64,000 bases of DNA, from assembly GCA_024711295.1 (NCBI GenBank), contig JANJTB010000031.1, forward strand, positions 76,097 through 140,096. Direction: 5' to 3'. Position numbers and translations under genes: made by a program. This document shows positions 60,146 to 64,000 of the stretch, one piece after another. The DNA comes from a bacterium (GTDB lineage Bacteria; Bacteroidota; Ignavibacteria; Kapaibacteriales; UBA2268). How positions within the stretch are numbered: position 1 is the first letter of the stretch; each line of letters starts with the position of its first letter. The notes beneath the pieces were generated by a model that was not told the DNA's origin, did not search any database, and saw only the letters and a program-made list of their open reading frames with translations.

Positions 60146-60697
60146 ATGATGTTCATAAAATTTTTTGCAAAGTATTTAATGTTTTACAGATATTTAATAA
60201 TTTTCTTTTTACTTTTATTTTGTGCTGAATCACTATTATCAAATGAAAATTTGCAGGATTCATCACAGAATAGAACTCCTGTTGTTTACCAAAGCTCTAA
60301 GTCACCTTCGACTGCTATATACAGGTCATTAATTCTTCCGGGGTTAGGGCAAATATATGTTGAAAGTTATTGGAAGGCACCAATATTTATAGCTGCAACA
60401 GGCACACTTGTCTATTTAATTATTGATAATCAGATTAAATTTGCTGATTACGATAATCGTCTCTCAGCATTGCAAAGAACCGACAGAGATTACCAAATTA
60501 CAAAGATATATCGTGAGTATTACAGAGATAACAGAGATATGAGTGGTTTGTATCTTATGGCTGTCTATATTTTATCGGCTGTTGACGCTTATGTAGGTGC
60601 TCACCTATACGACTTTCAGGTTGATGATAATTTGTCAATGAATATAAGAGTTGCTCCATTACCTATTCCTGCTGTATCATTAAAAATTAATTTTTAG
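60146..60697 (+). CDS. DUF5683-like membrane protein
   Basis: KSP..A..S.ILPGLGQ.Y...YWKAP and DAYV.AHL..F motifs; start uncertain. Confidence 0.75.
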   Translation: MMFIKFFAKYLMFYRYLIIFFLLLFCAESLLSNENLQDSSQNRTPVVYQSSKSPSTAIYRSLILPGLGQIYVESYWKAPIFIAATGTLVYLIIDNQIKFADYDNRLSALQRTDRDYQITKIYREYYRDNRDMSGLYLMAVYILSAVDAYVGAHLYDFQVDDNLSMNIRVAPLPIPAVSLKINF

Positions 60698-60974
60698 TCA
60701 CTCTCCCCTTTTTACTTGTAATTGATTAAAATTTTGCATAATTTTGAAAAAGTTAATTGTGCTTATTTATCAAAGTCGTTTGCAATAACTAAATGCCAAG
60801 ACAAAAAATTATGGAAAGCACTTATAATATAAAGGACATAATTCATTTTCTGCCCATACCATTCCCTAATAATTTAATAAAAAATATTTTTAATATTATA
60901 TTTACCGACCATTTTTTGGTTCAGGTTCCTTTTATTTCAAAAACATCAACTCTAAATGTTAAGGAGAATTTACA

Positions 60975-61334
60975 ATGAAAATTTGTATCCCGACTATCAA
61001 AGACGAAGGTATTGATTCTGTTGCTTATGGTCATTTTAATAGTGCACCAAAGTTCATTATGTACGATTTAGCAACAAAAGAACTTTACTGTATTGCAAAT
61101 GAAAATAGATTTGCAACAAAGGGCAATCCGACAACCATTGACCTGTTGTTCGAACATAGTGTAAATGCATTGGTTGTAGGAGGTCTGTGTCATAAAGCTC
61201 TCGAAAATCTTCATAAAATGAATATCAAAGTATATCGTTCAACCGACTTTTTCCATGTTTATGAAATCATAGATCAATTCAGTAAAGATTTGATGTTCGA
61301 GCTGCATCCACAAGATTGTTACGATGCTGATTAG
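60975..61334 (+). CDS. NifB/NifX family (FeMo-co-binding domain) protein
   Basis: MKICIP...HFNSAPKF.MYD...V.AL.VGG...A...L...I.VY pattern; AAGGAG RBS. Confidence 0.75.
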   Translation: MKICIPTIKDEGIDSVAYGHFNSAPKFIMYDLATKELYCIANENRFATKGNPTTIDLLFEHSVNALVVGGLCHKALENLHKMNIKVYRSTDFFHVYEIIDQFSKDLMFELHPQDCYDAD

Positions 61335-61372
61335 AATACCTTTTGTAATTAAGACATAATCTTTAGCAAAAG

Positions 61373-61407
61373 AGATACAGGCAAATCATTTAGATATGCC
61401 TGTATCT
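61373..61407. terminator. Hairpin terminator between convergent genes
   Basis: AGATACAGGCA-N13-TGCCTGTATCT. Confidence 0.75.
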
Positions 61408-61418
61408 TTGCATTATGA

Positions 61419-62195
61419 TCATCTGAGTCTGAATGAAATTGGTATGGTAACCCAACATGCTACAGTTCTGTTATCTTGGATAGCAGGCTGAAATATTCCG
61501 GGTGTCCTGACAGCATTTAAAGCAGCATCGTCGAATATGCTGTTTTCGCTAAAGTCAATTTTTGCTTTGATTACCCTGCCATCATCGCCTATATACACTC
61601 TTACTAAAACCTTGCCTTGAATCCCGGCTTGTTTAGCCATAAGAGGATATACAACACTTTTTGACAACTTTGCTAAATCAACAATTGGCTCCTTATCAAC
61701 AGGTACAAATACTTCATCATCTTCTTTTTCGAGCGGTGGAGTATATGCTGAAACAGATTCATTATTGTCGATTTTTTTGATAGTCTCGTTAATATTATCT
61801 GCTTTACCCAAAATTGATGACACATTTCCCTGATTATCAAATGTAGCAATGTTGCCAACATCATGGTTGTTATCAGTGATTGGTTTATAATCACCAGCAA
61901 TACTTTTTGTTCCTGATAATGTTGCATCAACACCCTTGCTTGGGCTAGTTACTTGTTTAATATTAGGTAAATCAAAATCAAATTGATGGATAACAGTTGG
62001 TGGATTTGAACCCTGAACTTCTGAACTACTTGTAAGCATTTTTTTGCTAAACAGATTGATAATCAGTAATAAAATTGAAACAATTATCAGGGTTACGATA
62101 AATCCCCTGGTTGTAGCTTTGGGAGAGTATAATTTTAGCTCCGCTGCACCATAACTACTTATTGCAAGAGCTTTTGAATTATTACCGGTTTTCAT
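61419..62195 (-). CDS. tonB: Energy transducer TonB
   Basis: YGAAELK, TM, then YPLMAKQAGIQGKVLV...FQPA.Q...V..W..IPISFRL. Start at 62195 has GGAGG. Confidence 0.88.
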   Translation of the reverse strand: MKTGNNSKALAISSYGAAELKLYSPKATTRGFIVTLIIVSILLLIINLFSKKMLTSSSEVQGSNPPTVIHQFDFDLPNIKQVTSPSKGVDATLSGTKSIAGDYKPITDNNHDVGNIATFDNQGNVSSILGKADNINETIKKIDNNESVSAYTPPLEKEDDEVFVPVDKEPIVDLAKLSKSVVYPLMAKQAGIQGKVLVRVYIGDDGRVIKAKIDFSENSIFDDAALNAVRTPGIFQPAIQDNRTVACWVTIPISFRLR

Positions 62196-62375
62196 ATCAT
62201 CCTCCAACAAACAAAAATTAAACAATAATTTAGCGGCTTTTTAATTTCTACGTGACATCTATGTATGTTTTAAAACCTTTAGTACTTTCCATAATTTTGA
62301 CTTATTATATAGACAATTTATAAGCTCAAAAAGTTACATCTTCAAAAAATAAAGTGATGTGTTTCTTCTATCAAT

Positions 62376-62717
62376 TTGAAAATCGTAAAATTGAAGTTTT
62401 CTTTATCAAGGTATTTTCATCTATTTACCGAGAGTAATCCCAACGACCACCCAAAAACTGATTCAACAACAAACAGAATTAAATCTATAAATCCAAATCC
62501 CGCACTTTCAGAAATTACAATAGAATTTTTCAAAAAATTAGTTCCGCTTGAAATTCAAATTTATAATTCTGTGGGATTACTGGTTGATAGAAACTTTTTA
62601 TACAGACAGAAAACATCTGAAGCATCGCATAACATACAAAATTTATCAATTGGAGTATATTTTGTAAAAGTGATAACCGAAACCGAAATTTTGGAAGGAA
62701 AATTTATTAAGTATTAG
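62376..62717 (+). pseudogene. Isolated T9SS C-terminal domain (probable gene remnant)
   Basis: INPNP...IYNSVG...LSIGVYFVKV...KFIK with no signal peptide or cargo domain. Confidence 0.5.
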
Positions 62718-62862
62718 TAAAAGAAGGTTTGGGAATAATTTAATTTGGGAGTATTAAAAAAAAATTCAAAACAAACCTATTATTTTTAGGAATTTTGTAA
62801 CTAAATAAGTTTATATTTGTATTAATATAATTATTATTTGGTAATTACAAAGTATAAAAAAC

Positions 62863-64000
62863 ATGAAAAAATTTACTAAAATCATTGTTTTTTTGTTTAT
62901 TCTGATAGCAATGTTCCAACAATCATTGAGTCAAGAATCCGGCTGGGCTGGAGACGGTTTAATCAAATTTCAGAAATTTCCAACTGATTCTATTATCAAA
63001 TACGGTTTATCTGCTGATGGTGATACACTAAAGACATTTCACAAGGATTTCAAACTTTACTTTTGGGATATTAAATCCGGAAATCTAATCAAAGAAAAAC
63101 AATTACCTGAAGGAATAAAAGTATCTGAAGATATGATGACTTATTTTAAATATAGAGATTCAATTTATAGTGGTTCTTCTTTAAATTCAAGAGTATATGC
63201 ATCAGATGTAAGTGTTTTTGATATTTATAATGATGTGAATATTTTCTCAACGGGATTTATTAAATTGGCTGAAGCGCAATATACTGAGTTTTATCGTCAA
63301 TTTACAGATTTTTCATTTAATCATAAAAAGTTCTTTATAGTTTTGAGTAGTCGTTATTATACTGTTGTTGTAGATCAAACAAATGTATTGTCATATAGTA
63401 TTAATTTTAACAAAGATTCTATTTATATTGATATTAAAACATTTCCATTAGCTGCTCAGTGTATATACAACAATCGGTTCGATAAGATATTATATTTGTA
63501 TTCTACATCATATTGGGGAAGACATTCAGAAGGTGGATCATCTAATGTTTTAGGTTTTTTTGATTTAAATAAAAATGAAAATATAAATATTAATAGTTCT
63601 TACAGTAGCGGAATTACTTATAAAAATCCAAGATTTTTAAATAATAATAATAAAGTTTCTGCATTTAATTCAAGAAAATTACATATTTGGGAATTGAAAC
63701 CTCTTAAACTTATTGATGAGCACAATCCAATCAAAGGTTATAGTTCGTTTGCAGACTACCTTTTTATAAAAGACGACAATTTTTTAGCGTATTCAAACGA
63801 AAAGATTTTTATTTATGATTTTAATTCTAAGTTAGTTATCGATTCTTCAGATGTTATAAATTCAAACAAAAATACTTTTTTACAATATTCCAATATAAAT
63901 GACAAGTTATTCTTTTTCAATAATGATAAATTTGGCATTTATGAATCGGCTAAATTAAATAAAATTGGAAACTTGAATATTTCAGTTGACTCAAATCATG
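62863..64000 (+). CDS. Secreted beta-propeller (WD40-like) protein, truncated by the window end
   Basis: ATG at 62863, signal peptide MKKFTKIIVFLFILIAMFQQSLS|Q, frame open to 64000; LYFWDIKSG, LHIWELK and IFIYDF repeats; TATATTTG at 62812-62819. Confidence 0.75.
   Translation, partial: MKKFTKIIVFLFILIAMFQQSLSQESGWAGDGLIKFQKFPTDSIIKYGLSADGDTLKTFHKDFKLYFWDIKSGNLIKEKQLPEGIKVSEDMMTYFKYRDSIYSGSSLNSRVYASDVSVFDIYNDVNIFSTGFIKLAEAQYTEFYRQFTDFSFNHKKFFIVLSSRYYTVVVDQTNVLSYSINFNKDSIYIDIKTFPLAAQCIYNNRFDKILYLYSTSYWGRHSEGGSSNVLGFFDLNKNENININSSYSSGITYKNPRFLNNNNKVSAFNSRKLHIWELKPLKLIDEHNPIKGYSSFADYLFIKDDNFLAYSNEKIFIYDFNSKLVIDSSDVINSNKNTFLQYSNINDKLFFFNNDKFGIYESAKLNKIGNLNISVDSNH

Noticed and set aside
60793-60978. 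61-aa ORF upstream of the NifX-like gene
   Set aside because: No RBS or recognisable motif and low-complexity AT-rich composition; more likely a leader region.
412-61933. Numerous short antisense or nested ORFs in the track (e.g. 18977-19483, 37984-38313, 41952-42326, 45820-46158)
   Set aside because: They are shadows of well-supported genes on the opposite strand or in another frame, with no independent motifs.
1-64000. CRISPR arrays, tRNA or rRNA genes, prophage and defence islands
   Set aside because: No regularly spaced repeats, cloverleaf or GC-rich RNA-like segments, and no phage or defence proteins were recognised by eye.

Overview
AT-rich (roughly 30% GC by eye) bacterial chromosome segment from the FCB group, most likely a Kapabacteria/Ignavibacteria-like organism rather than a true Bacteroidia. 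This is inferred from several T9SS C-terminal sorting domains, Bacteroidota-type TAnnTTTG promoters, clear GGAG Shine-Dalgarno sites and a split gcvPA. Most of the window is housekeeping: pyrC, kdsC, prmA, ppx, radA, adk, purK, mutS, mtgA, ileS, murF, guaD, gcvPA, ftsB-like, ROK kinase, ridA and tonB, interspersed with secreted T9SS cargo. The standout is a four-gene minus-strand operon (38025-41314) encoding a hexaheme c lipoprotein, a Cyc2-like heme-c/beta-barrel fusion, a Tat-exported Rieske lipoprotein and a probable bis-His monoheme cytochrome c. It looks like an undescribed trans-envelope (extracellular) electron-transfer conduit. Other notable items are an intact IS256/Mutator-type transposase with its catalytic residues apparently replaced and no element ends (domestication candidate), a tandem adenylate kinase with a degenerate second domain, an IleRS2 with the GVHH motif, a ChaN-M1 peptidase fusion, arsM coupled to murF, a decayed attC-like element after a protease gene, and a homopolymer frameshift. 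No rRNA, tRNA, CRISPR array or intact mobile element was recognised. All calls come from motif recognition by eye; no searches were run.
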